A stretch of DNA of 64,000 bases, taken from IMG/VR virus record IMGVR_UViG_3300031519_004866; one strand, 5' to 3'. Positions 26,424 through 36,425 of this stretch are shown here, piece by piece. The notes below the pieces were generated by a model, which saw only the letters and a list, made by a program, of their open reading frames with translations, made no database searches and had not been told where the DNA came from. The position numbers and the translations under genes were made by a program. This DNA is from a virus. The first letter of the stretch is position 1. Each line of letters opens with the position of its first letter.

Positions 26424-27290
26424 TTATCCTAGTAATTTCTCAAGTGTTTTTGGACCAGCAATACCATCAGCAGTTAAGCCGTTAGTAGTTTGCCATTCTT
26501 TTAATGCACGTTCTGTGCCAGGACCAAATGCTCCGTCTGCGCCAACACCTAATGCTTCTTGCATCATTTTAACGCCTTCGCCACGTGAACCTTTACGTAG
26601 TACACCAATGTCATCAATTTCAAAATCGTCATCACCTGCATCATCTGTAAGTGTTACGGGGTTACCAAATACTTCCATTGCTTTCTTATAACGTGTCTGA
26701 CGCGACTCAAGTCCAATGTTACCACCGTTAATAATTTTAGTCATCTTTGTAACATCATCTGTGTCTGCAATGTTATTTAGGTTCTTTGCATTCCAAAACC
26801 AACATGCTGACTCTACTGCACCAGCTGGAGTTGCAACATATTCTGCTGCTTCTTCTGCTGTCATATTTACACTAGCACCAAACTTGGTGTAGTTCTCACG
26901 ACCAGTAAGTTGTTTTAGTCCACGTCCGCGGAACAACCAACCGTCACCTTCGTTTGTATTGCCCATCTTGTACTTACGATACTTGTCGAAGTAAACACGG
27001 TTTGCAATCTTTTCTGGGTTACGTGCATATTCTGCTGCACTAGCTTTTGGTGCATCACCAAAGTAACGTCCAAATACAGCAAGTAGTGATTTTTCACTGT
27101 AGTTTAAGTTTTCTTCTAAACTACGGAAGTTATTTGATTCATGAGCACATTGGCTAATAAAGTGCGCCATGCGTCTTTCTGTGTCAATACCGTATTTAGG
27201 TAGCACATCTACAAGTGCCGCATGCCATCCGTCTACATTTTTATTACCTGGAATAAGTTTTTCCAGATGCCCTTTTTCTAATTTAAACAT
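26424..27290 (-). CDS. endolysin: GH19 catalytic domain plus peptidoglycan-binding domain
   Basis: AHFISQCAHES...EENLNYS...RGRGLKQLTGRENY; C-terminal LRKGSRG...DGAFGPGT...DGIAGPKT. Confidence 0.9.
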   Translation of the reverse strand: MFKLEKGHLEKLIPGNKNVDGWHAALVDVLPKYGIDTERRMAHFISQCAHESNNFRSLEENLNYSEKSLLAVFGRYFGDAPKASAAEYARNPEKIANRVYFDKYRKYKMGNTNEGDGWLFRGRGLKQLTGRENYTKFGASVNMTAEEAAEYVATPAGAVESACWFWNAKNLNNIADTDDVTKMTKIINGGNIGLESRQTRYKKAMEVFGNPVTLTDDAGDDDFEIDDIGVLRKGSRGEGVKMMQEALGVGADGAFGPGTERALKEWQTTNGLTADGIAGPKTLEKLLG

Positions 27291-28030
27291 TAATCTGCCC
27301 TTTGTAATAACATGGCTTTGTCGCCATTTGTGAACAAGAAGTTATCGCCCATTTTGCTAATATTGTAGTCGCCTAACACTTTGCTTAACCAAAATGTTTC
27401 TGAACTGGCGCCTACATCAATTTGCGTTGGTGCATCGATCCCTTCGATTATATCTTTCGTTCTTCCTTCTTTAATCCATCTTAACTTAACAGTTTTATTA
27501 AATGGTTTATAGATAGTAATTAAGTCGTCTTGTAATTCTAAGTTATCCATTAAGGTTTTACTAAAGAAAGATTTAACTTCGTTGACTCTAAACTTTGCCA
27601 TCTTTGCTTCGTACATTTGCCCATCAGCTGGAATTACTTCTTTTAAATTTTCAGTAGTTACATCTCTAGTAGTATCGTCTTTGTAGTACTGAAACTTCCA
27701 CTCGTTAATATTAGTTAGTTTTGAAATACCGTAAATTAATTCTTTAACTTGTTCTGCTATTTGTTTACTTCTTTCAATCTCAACAAATACTGAATATTCG
27801 CCTTCTTCGTTTTCACCTGAACTAACATCTGCGTCTAGAACAAAAGAAAATCCTTTTTCAATAAACTCCATTAAATCTTTTGCAGGATATCTATCTTTAG
27901 CTTGAAACGTAACAACACATACGTCTCGGTCTTCACCCATTTTAGATCTAAACTTATCTACTTCAAAAATTGGATAGATTAGATCTTCTAAATCACCTTT
28001 GCGTAATCCTTCTTCTAATACTTTATACAT
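27290..28030 (-). CDS. hypothetical protein
   Basis: Start trimmed to MYKVLEEG to remove most of the overlap. Confidence 0.65.
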   Translation of the reverse strand: MYKVLEEGLRKGDLEDLIYPIFEVDKFRSKMGEDRDVCVVTFQAKDRYPAKDLMEFIEKGFSFVLDADVSSGENEEGEYSVFVEIERSKQIAEQVKELIYGISKLTNINEWKFQYYKDDTTRDVTTENLKEVIPADGQMYEAKMAKFRVNEVKSFFSKTLMDNLELQDDLITIYKPFNKTVKLRWIKEGRTKDIIEGIDAPTQIDVGASSETFWLSKVLGDYNISKMGDNFLFTNGDKAMLLQRAD

Positions 28031-28556
28031 CTGCTGGGACCTCTGATGTTTCTGCTGCTTGAGCTTGTTCGTCTGCAGGTTCAAGGTTCATGTTAACAGC
28101 ATTATTAGACAATATGTCTTGTACTTTGTTCTTGTCAAGGTTTTTATATCCACGGTCGATATTTTTCATTAAACGTTTTGGCATAGTAATCTTTACCATC
28201 CAAATGTCTTCGTAGTCGATCTTACCTTTTCTAGTTCCAGGACGGATATCATTTACATCTTTAATTTTTCTAACTTTAGCAACTGCTGATTCTGCAAACT
28301 GTACCTTACACCCGTACTCTAAAAGTCTCTTTCCACCCTCAGGTTCAGGCATTTCTTTGTGAGGCCACATAAATGTACACTCAACAAAGTATCTACTTTC
28401 TTTTGGACCGGCTACTAATTCACCGTCAAGCCATCCGTCAAACACATATACATCTAATTCGTCGAATACACGCTCAAAGTCTTTGAGTAGGTTTAAACTG
28501 TTGTTAGACCCGTAAATTTGTTCAATGTTTGCAATGATATCTTTAGTACTTGCCAT
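28023..28556 (-). CDS. hypothetical protein
   Basis: ORF with SD AGGGA and upstream TAAATA. Confidence 0.65.
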   Translation of the reverse strand: MASTKDIIANIEQIYGSNNSLNLLKDFERVFDELDVYVFDGWLDGELVAGPKESRYFVECTFMWPHKEMPEPEGGKRLLEYGCKVQFAESAVAKVRKIKDVNDIRPGTRKGKIDYEDIWMVKITMPKRLMKNIDRGYKNLDKNKVQDILSNNAVNMNLEPADEQAQAAETSEVPADV

Positions 28557-28727
28557 GTTAGTCTTGTCCCTATTTGTATATATGTATTTATGCTCAAAAT
28601 TAAACTAAGAGCTTTATAAATGGATAGAACGAGTAAATACTTATATGTTCGAACACGGACCTATGTCATCAATACTGTTGTTACGTCCTTGCTCGAATAC
28701 CCACAAAGCACGGAGGATATGCTTAAT

Positions 28728-29453
28728 ATGAAGTCAAAAAGAAAACAACAATCTCATCAACAAACTTCCCACTCCACATATAATAATGTAATCAACATTA
28801 ATCAAAAGAAAAAACGTGTAGTAATTACACCTAAAAACAAATCTCAAGAAACATATTTAGAAATGTTAAATGACAATCGCACACACATTGTGTTTGCAAT
28901 TGGACCAGCAGGCACAGGTAAAACTATGCTGGGTGTACAATGGGCTATTGATCAATGGAAAGATACGAATTTTGAAAAAATTGTTATTACGAGACCGGCA
29001 GTTAGTGTTGACGAGCAGCATGGGTTTTTACCAGGTACGCTAGAAGAAAAGATGGCGCCATGGACGAGACCTATATTTGATGTGTTCGGAGACAATTTTA
29101 ATCAGGCTGAAGTTGAAAGACAGATGCGTGAAAAGGTACTTGAAATTAGTCCTTTAGCATACATGCGTGGCAGAACATTTAAAAACTCTGTGATTATAGC
29201 AGATGAAATGCAAAATGCAACGCCTAATCAGATGAAAATGCTTCTCACTAGGTTAGGTGAAGGAAGCAAGATGGTGGTAACCGGTGACTTAGGACAGGCT
29301 GATAGGCCTTCGAGTAACGGGTTATTAGAGTTCCTTGGGTTGTATAACAACTTCCAGAACCATCAATATGTTGATATCTGTCAGTTTGATCACAGTGATA
29401 TCGAAAGACATGAAGCTGTAAGAGAAATTTTACAAATGTACGGCGACGAGTAA
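28728..29453 (+). CDS. phoH: PhoH-family ATPase
   Basis: GPAGTGKT, ITRPAV, GFLPG, LAYMRGRT, ADEMQN, GDLGQAD; start set at MKSK after SD GGAGG. Confidence 0.93.
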   Translation: MKSKRKQQSHQQTSHSTYNNVININQKKKRVVITPKNKSQETYLEMLNDNRTHIVFAIGPAGTGKTMLGVQWAIDQWKDTNFEKIVITRPAVSVDEQHGFLPGTLEEKMAPWTRPIFDVFGDNFNQAEVERQMREKVLEISPLAYMRGRTFKNSVIIADEMQNATPNQMKMLLTRLGEGSKMVVTGDLGQADRPSSNGLLEFLGLYNNFQNHQYVDICQFDHSDIERHEAVREILQMYGDE

Positions 29454-29458
29454 TTAGA

Positions 29459-29483
29459 TAAGGGGGGTTAAACTCCCCCTTAT
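29459..29483. terminator. hairpin terminator between convergent genes
   Basis: ataagggggg ttaaa ctcccccttat imperfect inverted repeat. Confidence 0.6.
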
Positions 29484-29593
29484 TCTTCTTGGAATCTATC
29501 GCGGAGCGAGTCTAAAAGCTCAATGAGTTCGTCTATAAGATTTTGATCTTGTTGTTGAGATGTGTCTACTTCTACTTCTATTTTAATTTTCAT
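29480..29593 (-). CDS. small hypothetical protein (37 aa, not in ORF track)
   Basis: [37 protein letters not shown]; ATG abuts the ferredoxin stop. Confidence 0.5.
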   Translation of the reverse strand: MKIKIEVEVDTSQQQDQNLIDELIELLDSLRDRFQEE

Positions 29594-29937
29594 TAGTCTA
29601 TTTGTATTGCGGGTATAGCCTTAAACAGGTGCGTCTTATCTTCTGCACTCTGAGTATACTTTTCGTATTCATCCATAGGCGGCTTTTGATCTACAATGTT
29701 AGGCCAGTTAGCTGTTTCGGAAAAATACTGATTATGCTTATACCATTTGTTTTCTGTATCATCTGTTTGAAAGATTGCATCTTCGGGGCATTCAGGAATA
29801 CACACGCCGCAATCAATACATTCATCTGGGTTAATTACTAACATGTTTTCACCTTCGTAAAAACAGTCTACTGGGCATACGCTAACACACGTTGTGTGTT
29901 TGCACATTATACATTTGTCATCTACTAAATGAGCCAC
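29593..29937 (-). CDS. FdxA-type dicluster ferredoxin
   Basis: [17 protein letters not shown] and [12 protein letters not shown]. Confidence 0.92.
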   Translation of the reverse strand: MAHLVDDKCIMCKHTTCVSVCPVDCFYEGENMLVINPDECIDCGVCIPECPEDAIFQTDDTENKWYKHNQYFSETANWPNIVDQKPPMDEYEKYTQSAEDKTHLFKAIPAIQID

Positions 29938-30851
29938 TATAGCCTCGCCAGTTTAATAAGTGTTGCAGCCAAGTTAATTTCTGGATCAGCAACTAATGCG
30001 TGATCAACAAGACCTTGTTTAATAATAATAACTGCTGTATCTTGTTTTTCTTCTTCACCAAATATTTCTAAGTTATCATATAACCAACGATAAATCTCTT
30101 CCATTTCTTCAGCACGTACTTTACCACACAGTAGTTTTCTAGCTTGAGTAATCTTACCTGCTTTAAATAACTCAACCATTTCAAACTTCCAGTCAGCTTC
30201 GCCCTCGTCACCTTTGCTTGGCGCACTAAGTTTAGTTCCGCTTACGTTTTGCTGTACCATGTTAATACATTTACGTAAATCTGGATACGCTACTTTTACA
30301 TAACTGTCAAGAGTGTCAAGATCAAAGTCAATATTTTCAGTTACAAGAATAGTTGCTACACGAGCAGTAAACTCTGTTTGGTCAATCTTTTCAATATGAA
30401 AGCCTTGACAACGACTATGGATAGCAGGAATAATTCTATTAGGATAGTTACACGTTAAAATAAATCTTGATGTACTGTGATACTCTTCCATTACACCACG
30501 CAATGCTGCTTGTGCGTTAGGACTCAAGTAATCAGCCTCATCAAGCAATACAACTTTGAACGGACCAAAAGGAATCATTTGTACAAAGTTTGTAATCTTA
30601 TCTCGAATGTCATCAACTGAATTGTTTCTTGATGCGTTAATTTGTAATACGTCAAACTCTTCAATGCCTAGTTCATTAACTAGTAACTTAGCCATTGTTG
30701 TTTTACCAATGCCTGCACTACCGCTAAACAACAAGTGCGGAATACTTACATCGCTAACCCATGCTTGTACTTGTGCTTTCTGATGATTGTCCTTAAACAC
30801 ATAATCATCTATTGTATTAGGACGATACTTTTCTACCCAAAGTTCTTTCAT
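29937..30851 (-). CDS. clamp loader AAA+ subunit (gp44/RFC small-subunit-like)
   Basis: [24 protein letters not shown]. Confidence 0.92.
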   Translation of the reverse strand: MKELWVEKYRPNTIDDYVFKDNHQKAQVQAWVSDVSIPHLLFSGSAGIGKTTMAKLLVNELGIEEFDVLQINASRNNSVDDIRDKITNFVQMIPFGPFKVVLLDEADYLSPNAQAALRGVMEEYHSTSRFILTCNYPNRIIPAIHSRCQGFHIEKIDQTEFTARVATILVTENIDFDLDTLDSYVKVAYPDLRKCINMVQQNVSGTKLSAPSKGDEGEADWKFEMVELFKAGKITQARKLLCGKVRAEEMEEIYRWLYDNLEIFGEEEKQDTAVIIIKQGLVDHALVADPEINLAATLIKLARL

Positions 30852-31261
30852 TTGTTTGCCTCGCTTATTCGTTTTCTCAAATTAGATGTGCTAAATGAGT
30901 GTTGTCTTTTATTATAATATATTTCTATGCCTTTGTCAACACAAATCTGTTTACCAGAGAAATCTTTTTTCTTATATTCTTCACCAATAAATCTACGATC
31001 AATAGTATAAGTTAGCAGTATATCTAGTAAATCTTGCTCGGTTTCGTAAGGGATAATTTCATCAATATACGAACAACCTTTTAGTTGTACATATCTTTCA
31101 AACACACTTTGGATAGGTTTGTTCTTTTCAGGACGGTCGATAGTAGGATCCGTTTGTAGTCCTACAATTAAGTAGTTACAATGCTCACTTGCTTCTTTAA
31201 GCATAGCAACATGTCCACTATGAAATAAATCAAAACTACTAAACGTAATTCCTACTGTCAT
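30848..31261 (-). CDS. glycerol-3-phosphate cytidylyltransferase-like (TagD family)
   Basis: SFDLFHSGH, ERY, IGEEY, RQHSFSTS. Confidence 0.85.
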   Translation of the reverse strand: MTVGITFSSFDLFHSGHVAMLKEASEHCNYLIVGLQTDPTIDRPEKNKPIQSVFERYVQLKGCSYIDEIIPYETEQDLLDILLTYTIDRRFIGEEYKKKDFSGKQICVDKGIEIYYNKRQHSFSTSNLRKRISEANK

Positions 31262-31274
31262 ATCGTTGTCCTTT

Positions 31275-31685
31275 TTAGAGATCGCCATCTTTTCTGTTTT
31301 CGCTATAATGTACATCAAACTCTCCGCCCGGATAACGAGCTTTTAGTTTGTTTACATTTTCAGCAATTACTTCGTTAGGGTCAATACTAAGAGCCCTGCA
31401 GCTATTAATCCAATACCAAATAATATCGCCAAGTTCTCGTTTAGCATGAAATATAGTTTCATCGTCAAGTGGTTTACCTTGGAAGATACATTTTTTAACA
31501 ATTTCTGCAAATTCGCCTCCTTCACTCGCCATTCCAATCGAGCCTGTTAGTAGTAGTGCCATGTTAACACCACTTTGGGTTTCTAGGCTATCTAGTGTTT
31601 TTGATAGTTCAGCAGTATTATTACTTGCTGTACTAGTTACTTCTTTTACAAATTCTTGATAGCGATTTAAGTCTACGTTGTTCAA
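31275..31685 (-). CDS. MazG-like NTP pyrophosphohydrolase
   Basis: SEGGEFAEIVKK...RELGDIIWY...NKLKARYP. Confidence 0.9.
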   Translation of the reverse strand: MNNVDLNRYQEFVKEVTSTASNNTAELSKTLDSLETQSGVNMALLLTGSIGMASEGGEFAEIVKKCIFQGKPLDDETIFHAKRELGDIIWYWINSCRALSIDPNEVIAENVNKLKARYPGGEFDVHYSENRKDGDL

Positions 31686-31711
31686 CAGTCTTTCTCCTTA
31701 TGTTACTCTTT

Positions 31712-31740
31712 ATTATATAGTAGTGTTTAATAGTTGTCAA
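31712..31740 (-). promoter_or_regulatory. sigma70-type promoter TTGACA-N17-TATAAT, back-to-back with a plus-strand TAAATA at 31750
   Basis: Perfect consensus hexamers. Confidence 0.75.
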
Positions 31741-31793
31741 CCCCTAAGCTAAATATTTTTAACAGCAATCGCTGGTTAACAGGAGAACAACCC

Positions 31794-31982
31794 ATGATTA
31801 AGAATCTTTCACTAAACTTAGAAGTAGGTCAAGAAATCCTTGTTGGTAAAAACAACAAGCGAGCAATTATTACTAAGATTGAGTTTCACGAGAAGTCAGG
31901 GGAGGTCACAATAAACACGACCCAAGGTCCGCGAAAAGCATTAACCTTTAGATTAATGCCTGAAATCGCTTACGCTTATTAA
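31794..31982 (+). CDS. small hypothetical protein (SH3-like beta fold)
   Basis: TAAATA promoter and SD AGGAG upstream. Confidence 0.6.
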   Translation: MIKNLSLNLEVGQEILVGKNNKRAIITKIEFHEKSGEVTINTTQGPRKALTFRLMPEIAYAY

Positions 31983-32374
31983 TTTGCGCCGAACATGCCC
32001 GGATCGAAATTAGCAGTAGATCCGTGGCTATATTCTTCGCCGTAATATGATAGGCTAGGTTCGTAATCTTTGTCGGCTGCGACAAGGATCGATTCTACCT
32101 CGACTTTCTGAATTTCAACTTCACCAAGTTCGGGGCAGTCTACTTTCATCTTTCTTGACCAACGACCGTGTGCAATTAAAATCCAATCACCTGGTTCGTA
32201 TTCGTCTTTGTTCGCAGGACCTTTAGCATAAACTCTTGCCCAACGAGCCTTAACACCATGTGCTTTACCATCATCATTTCCAATGATAATTCCACCTGAT
32301 GTGGTTGTTTCCCCGAAGTGCATATCGTATACTAATACATTATCGTGGATTGGTTTAACTTTACCTTTAATCAT
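31979..32374 (-). CDS. groES: GroES-like co-chaperonin (gp31 analogue)
   Basis: VKPIHDNVLV, mobile loop ETTTSGGIII, KGP...GDWIL...SILVA. Confidence 0.8.
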   Translation of the reverse strand: MIKGKVKPIHDNVLVYDMHFGETTTSGGIIIGNDDGKAHGVKARWARVYAKGPANKDEYEPGDWILIAHGRWSRKMKVDCPELGEVEIQKVEVESILVAADKDYEPSLSYYGEEYSHGSTANFDPGMFGAN

Positions 32375-32390
32375 TTCTTATCCTAACTAA

Positions 32391-32612
32391 TTATTTTTTG
32401 CGACTAACAATTTCTTCTTTAATAGCCCTTGGATTTTGTTTGTAGTAGTCTGCTAATACTTCTTCTCTTGTACGAACAATTGCACCACCTGCGCCTAATT
32501 CGTCACCGCGAGCATTTACTTTTGCATTTCCTACAGCAGGAGTTTCTTCATTTCTAAGATTTAACTTTTCCATGTCAACTTCCTTGCCTCTCATACTTTT
32601 TACTAGTGCCAT
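32391..32612 (-). CDS. hypothetical protein
   Basis: ORF with SD AGGAG. Confidence 0.6.
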   Translation of the reverse strand: MALVKSMRGKEVDMEKLNLRNEETPAVGNAKVNARGDELGAGGAIVRTREEVLADYYKQNPRAIKEEIVSRKK

Positions 32613-32623
32613 AACTTATTCTC

Positions 32624-33103
32624 CTATGTTTTGGGTTCTTCTTTAAAAAACTCATTTAATGGTATATTGTATTTAATACTATCTATCTTATGGACCCCTA
32701 GTAAGTGGAGTACATAACTAGCTACGCTACTACCTCTACCAACACCCCAAACAATATTGTGTTGTCTTAGTGTGTCTATTATATATACCATTTGTTTAAG
32801 TAGTGGAAATAAATTTCTGTTTTCAAATTCTGTTAATTCAATTACTGCTCTTTGATATTGTTCTTCGTTCTGTGTCTTTGATAGTACAAAGTCAATGATA
32901 TTCATGTCTCTATATTTTTGAGGCACGAACCAATTAGAATGATCGATATCAGTCTTAGGTAATGGGTAATCTAAGAATTCTTGAGAGATTCTGTTCTTGT
33001 AAACTGTAAGGTCATCGTTACATATACAGTTTTCTAAGATGTTAGGACCATATTTTACTATGCCCTTAATTAGTTGTTCAGTAGTATTTGTTTTAGTCCA
33101 CAT
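32624..33103 (-). CDS. stand-alone fragment resembling the DNA polymerase III alpha (DnaE) palm region
   Basis: VWGVGRGSSVASYVLHLLGVHKIDSIKYNIPLNEFF matches DnaE GxGRGSxxxSLVxYxLGITxIDP...FERF. Confidence 0.7.
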   Translation of the reverse strand: MWTKTNTTEQLIKGIVKYGPNILENCICNDDLTVYKNRISQEFLDYPLPKTDIDHSNWFVPQKYRDMNIIDFVLSKTQNEEQYQRAVIELTEFENRNLFPLLKQMVYIIDTLRQHNIVWGVGRGSSVASYVLHLLGVHKIDSIKYNIPLNEFFKEEPKT

Positions 33104-33326
33104 TAATCAATTGATCCAAATCCTGGTCTTGTTCTTCAAATTTCATATTAATGGCTCTTTGTGAAAGCTCATTTCTATATATTATAACAAATGTTTGGAG
33201 TTGTGTCAATAGGTCTTGATTGCCAAAACGTGCGGCTAGGTAATATTTTTTGTTCAATTCAGACAGCTTTTGTTCAACATCAACTGTCTTCATCTCACTA
33301 AGATCTTTCTCTAATGGATGGAACAT
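33093..33326 (-). CDS. hypothetical coiled-coil protein
   Basis: ORF in operon. Confidence 0.55.
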   Translation of the reverse strand: MFHPLEKDLSEMKTVDVEQKLSELNKKYYLAARFGNQDLLTQLQTFVIIYRNELSQRAINMKFEEQDQDLDQLINVD

Positions 33327-33940
33327 TAGCTATAGATGCCCAAGTATTTCATAAAGATTGTTGTTTGGTCATGTCTCCAAACTTCAATAAACGTAGGATT
33401 AGTTGTTGATGATATTACAAGGCTTGCAGGAAAGTTAGCATCTTTCTTAATAACAGTACCACCAGTTGTTGTAAATGTAACAGCTCTATCACCTGCACCT
33501 GATGTGCGAAGTTCTAAAGTTATTTTACTTACGCCACCTTGGGTAGCAGTTTCTTCACCGTTTGCAGGATCACCTGCAAGATTAGTAAAGTTTAAGTTTA
33601 ACGCTGAAGATGCTGCAAGTATAAAGTAAGAACCAGTTTGAAAATCAATTTCAGTAACTGTTCCACCGACTAACGGCACAGTACCAAGATTATTAGTTTT
33701 TTCTCTATTGTTTAAAAATACAGATCTAGTAATTTGGTTTAACTGAAAGTCGTTAACATACGCACCACCACCTGGATTTGTTAATCTAGCAGTAGTATCT
33801 TCAAGTGCTTGTACTTCTGTTTTAGTAGTTTGCAAACTTGTTTTAATTGTATCAAAATTATCTCTAAATGTCTGAGTGTCGTTATCGGCACCAGCCACTG
33901 GAAAATTTTCATTAATGCTTAAATAATTTATATTGCTCAC
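33326..33940 (-). CDS. virion structural protein (baseplate/fibre-associated)
   Basis: INENFPVAGADNDTQTFRDNF N-terminus resembles the neighbouring fibre-anchoring segments. Confidence 0.6.
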   Translation of the reverse strand: MSNINYLSINENFPVAGADNDTQTFRDNFDTIKTSLQTTKTEVQALEDTTARLTNPGGGAYVNDFQLNQITRSVFLNNREKTNNLGTVPLVGGTVTEIDFQTGSYFILAASSALNLNFTNLAGDPANGEETATQGGVSKITLELRTSGAGDRAVTFTTTGGTVIKKDANFPASLVISSTTNPTFIEVWRHDQTTIFMKYLGIYS

Positions 33941-36411
33941 GGTCTTTTCTCTCCACGTTGCGGGAATACAATGTATTTATCCTCAATTTGCCCATCAATT
34001 ATATCTACGATATAACGATCTGCTTCAAAGTTAATAGTCTTAAAATCAAAGCCATTTGCTTTAATTCTTGCTACTACTTTTTGAGACTTCCCTGGTTTAG
34101 TATAACATAACACTAGTGCTTTAGTAAACCCAAGTTCATATGTTGCGGTATCTTGGATACTTCTCATCCAAAGCGGTAAAAATCCTCGATCTCTTTCTCC
34201 TAATGTACGTATTCTCTTACGCATGTTATTTACTGAATTAGGAAAAATTCTTTGATGATCTGAGTCGCTAACTAGCGGAACATCACTATCAATAGTAATT
34301 GCGTCATAACTTACAATTATTTTACTATTAATGTTATCTTTTAGTTCTACTACCTGCGATATACTCTTACCATTTTTTTCTAAATCATCAACAAGATCCA
34401 CATATACTACTTCATATAATGTGTTATTAGTCAATGGGTCTTTTGCTATTGCTTGTTTAATATTACCAAACGTAAAACGTTTGTTGTAGTGATTCTGCCC
34501 CATAGCAGATACAAACATTTGTGCTGTTTTACTTTCAATCCCAGCAAACAGTAGTGCTTTTAGTTCACTTTGGATACCGTAATTTTGGTCTCCATATCGA
34601 TATATTTCTTCTGCTTTAAATATTGTAGAATCTGTAATAAAATTAAACCAATTTAATCTTTTCTGCTTAGACTGTAATGCTTTAACATATATGTTTGAAA
34701 ATACTTTTTGATTGTCAGCAACTACTTTAAGTTTAAATGTTCTTAAACTTTCAGCAAAATTTGCACCGTCTTGTGCTTTAACAGTGAATCTAAATTCTTT
34801 GTCAAAACTTGTAGTTGTTTGATCAAATGTTAAACTGAAATCTCTTGACAATGTTGATGAATCTTCGCCTGCACTATCTCGATCAAAGAATCTAGTTAAC
34901 CCCAACCCTTTATTATCCTGAAATTGTTTTACTTTTCCTTGAACTAACCCTGTAGGTAGAAATTCTAATCCAGGCGGAAGTGATCCACTCTCTAGTGTGT
35001 ACAGTAATCTTCCACCGTATAACAAACTTTTTGCTTCAACGTATATGTTGCTAGGATCATTAGGTTTAATAGTACCTCTATCACTAGGGGTAATCCATGA
35101 AATTGAACTTTCAATTTCACCAATGATGTCTACATTAAATGTTCTTTCAGCTGATGAAACTCCTAGTATCCAATAATTAGTGTCAGTTGGTAATTTATTA
35201 AGGTGTGCTTCAATACAAATATAAATTAGTCCATCAACTACAACAGCATCGTTAACGTTATAAGTACGCAAACTGCTCCAGTCGCCAGTGAGCACATAGT
35301 TAATTTTTGCAAGACTTACTGGAAAGTTTACAGCTCTCATTGTAAACTTATAATTTTCAGTAACAGCAGCTTGATAAGGAACAACGCCTGATAAGTCACC
35401 TGTTACTGTATCTAATGTTAGCCCCGGCGGCAATGTACTTGGAGTGCCATCTGGATTATTAGCAACTAAAAAATATGTAATAGTTCCTGACAGGGTTGGC
35501 GGATCGTATACATCTAATGGTAAAGTTAAAAAGTTGTTAGCTCTATACTTGCCTAAGTATGATGGAGTAATCCATAGTGGTTGTCTATCTCTACTAGAGT
35601 CTGCTTGAAACAAGTTTGTGTCAACTTGCATCAATGTGTTATCTGCTTGTAAAAATTCTTCAGTTACAACATATATTTTAAATGTTCTATGTACAGCATT
35701 TATACCGTCTGTAATTGCAACACTAAATGTATAACTTCTACTTAACTTATCAGGTATTCTACTACCTTCTGAAAAGTCATACCTTGTATTATCATAAAAG
35801 TATGTGTCAAATCCTGTTGAAGTATTTTTTGCAATGTCAAGCGGAACAGTATCAAACGAGTGTGTGTCGTATGCTCCTGATTCATTTGAGTTATATGCTA
35901 CTGCTTGAACTGGCTGTGTAAACCCAGAAATGTTACCGGTTTCGGACAGTAATAATCCAGGAGGTAATAATCCACTATTAGGAACAATATAGTATTTTAA
36001 AGTTTCCCCTGCAATTAAATCTTTATCAGTTGCTTCGAGTTGAAAGTTAACTTCTGAATCATCTAGTACAAAGTATGCATCGCCGTTACCAACATTTAAA
36101 TATCCAGCAGTTGTAATCCATTCTGGAAAGTCAGCACCATCAATAGACATACTAAATGTTCTATCCATACAGCCGTCTGTACCATCATTAGCTCTGATAA
36201 CAAACTTTGATTGTGTAACTTTTGTAACTTCGCCAGGTGCTCCTTTGATAACACCATCACGTAATATACAACCTATAGGAAGTTTACCTGCAATAATAGT
36301 GTATGAAATTGGTTGACCAGAGTCAGTAGACGCTTGAATAGGAATATTTACAGTAACTCTTTCTTCAAAAGTTCCTAAATCTCCTGCAGGCGTAATCCAA
36401 GTAATTGCCAT
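33937..36411 (-). CDS. baseplate wedge protein with Ig-like repeats
   Basis: Repeated WITPxGxLG / LPPGLxLxxxGxIxG Ig-like modules. Confidence 0.65.
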   Translation of the reverse strand: MAITWITPAGDLGTFEERVTVNIPIQASTDSGQPISYTIIAGKLPIGCILRDGVIKGAPGEVTKVTQSKFVIRANDGTDGCMDRTFSMSIDGADFPEWITTAGYLNVGNGDAYFVLDDSEVNFQLEATDKDLIAGETLKYYIVPNSGLLPPGLLLSETGNISGFTQPVQAVAYNSNESGAYDTHSFDTVPLDIAKNTSTGFDTYFYDNTRYDFSEGSRIPDKLSRSYTFSVAITDGINAVHRTFKIYVVTEEFLQADNTLMQVDTNLFQADSSRDRQPLWITPSYLGKYRANNFLTLPLDVYDPPTLSGTITYFLVANNPDGTPSTLPPGLTLDTVTGDLSGVVPYQAAVTENYKFTMRAVNFPVSLAKINYVLTGDWSSLRTYNVNDAVVVDGLIYICIEAHLNKLPTDTNYWILGVSSAERTFNVDIIGEIESSISWITPSDRGTIKPNDPSNIYVEAKSLLYGGRLLYTLESGSLPPGLEFLPTGLVQGKVKQFQDNKGLGLTRFFDRDSAGEDSSTLSRDFSLTFDQTTTSFDKEFRFTVKAQDGANFAESLRTFKLKVVADNQKVFSNIYVKALQSKQKRLNWFNFITDSTIFKAEEIYRYGDQNYGIQSELKALLFAGIESKTAQMFVSAMGQNHYNKRFTFGNIKQAIAKDPLTNNTLYEVVYVDLVDDLEKNGKSISQVVELKDNINSKIIVSYDAITIDSDVPLVSDSDHQRIFPNSVNNMRKRIRTLGERDRGFLPLWMRSIQDTATYELGFTKALVLCYTKPGKSQKVVARIKANGFDFKTINFEADRYIVDIIDGQIEDKYIVFPQRGEKRP

Positions 36412-36425
36412 TTAGTTGTAACTCC

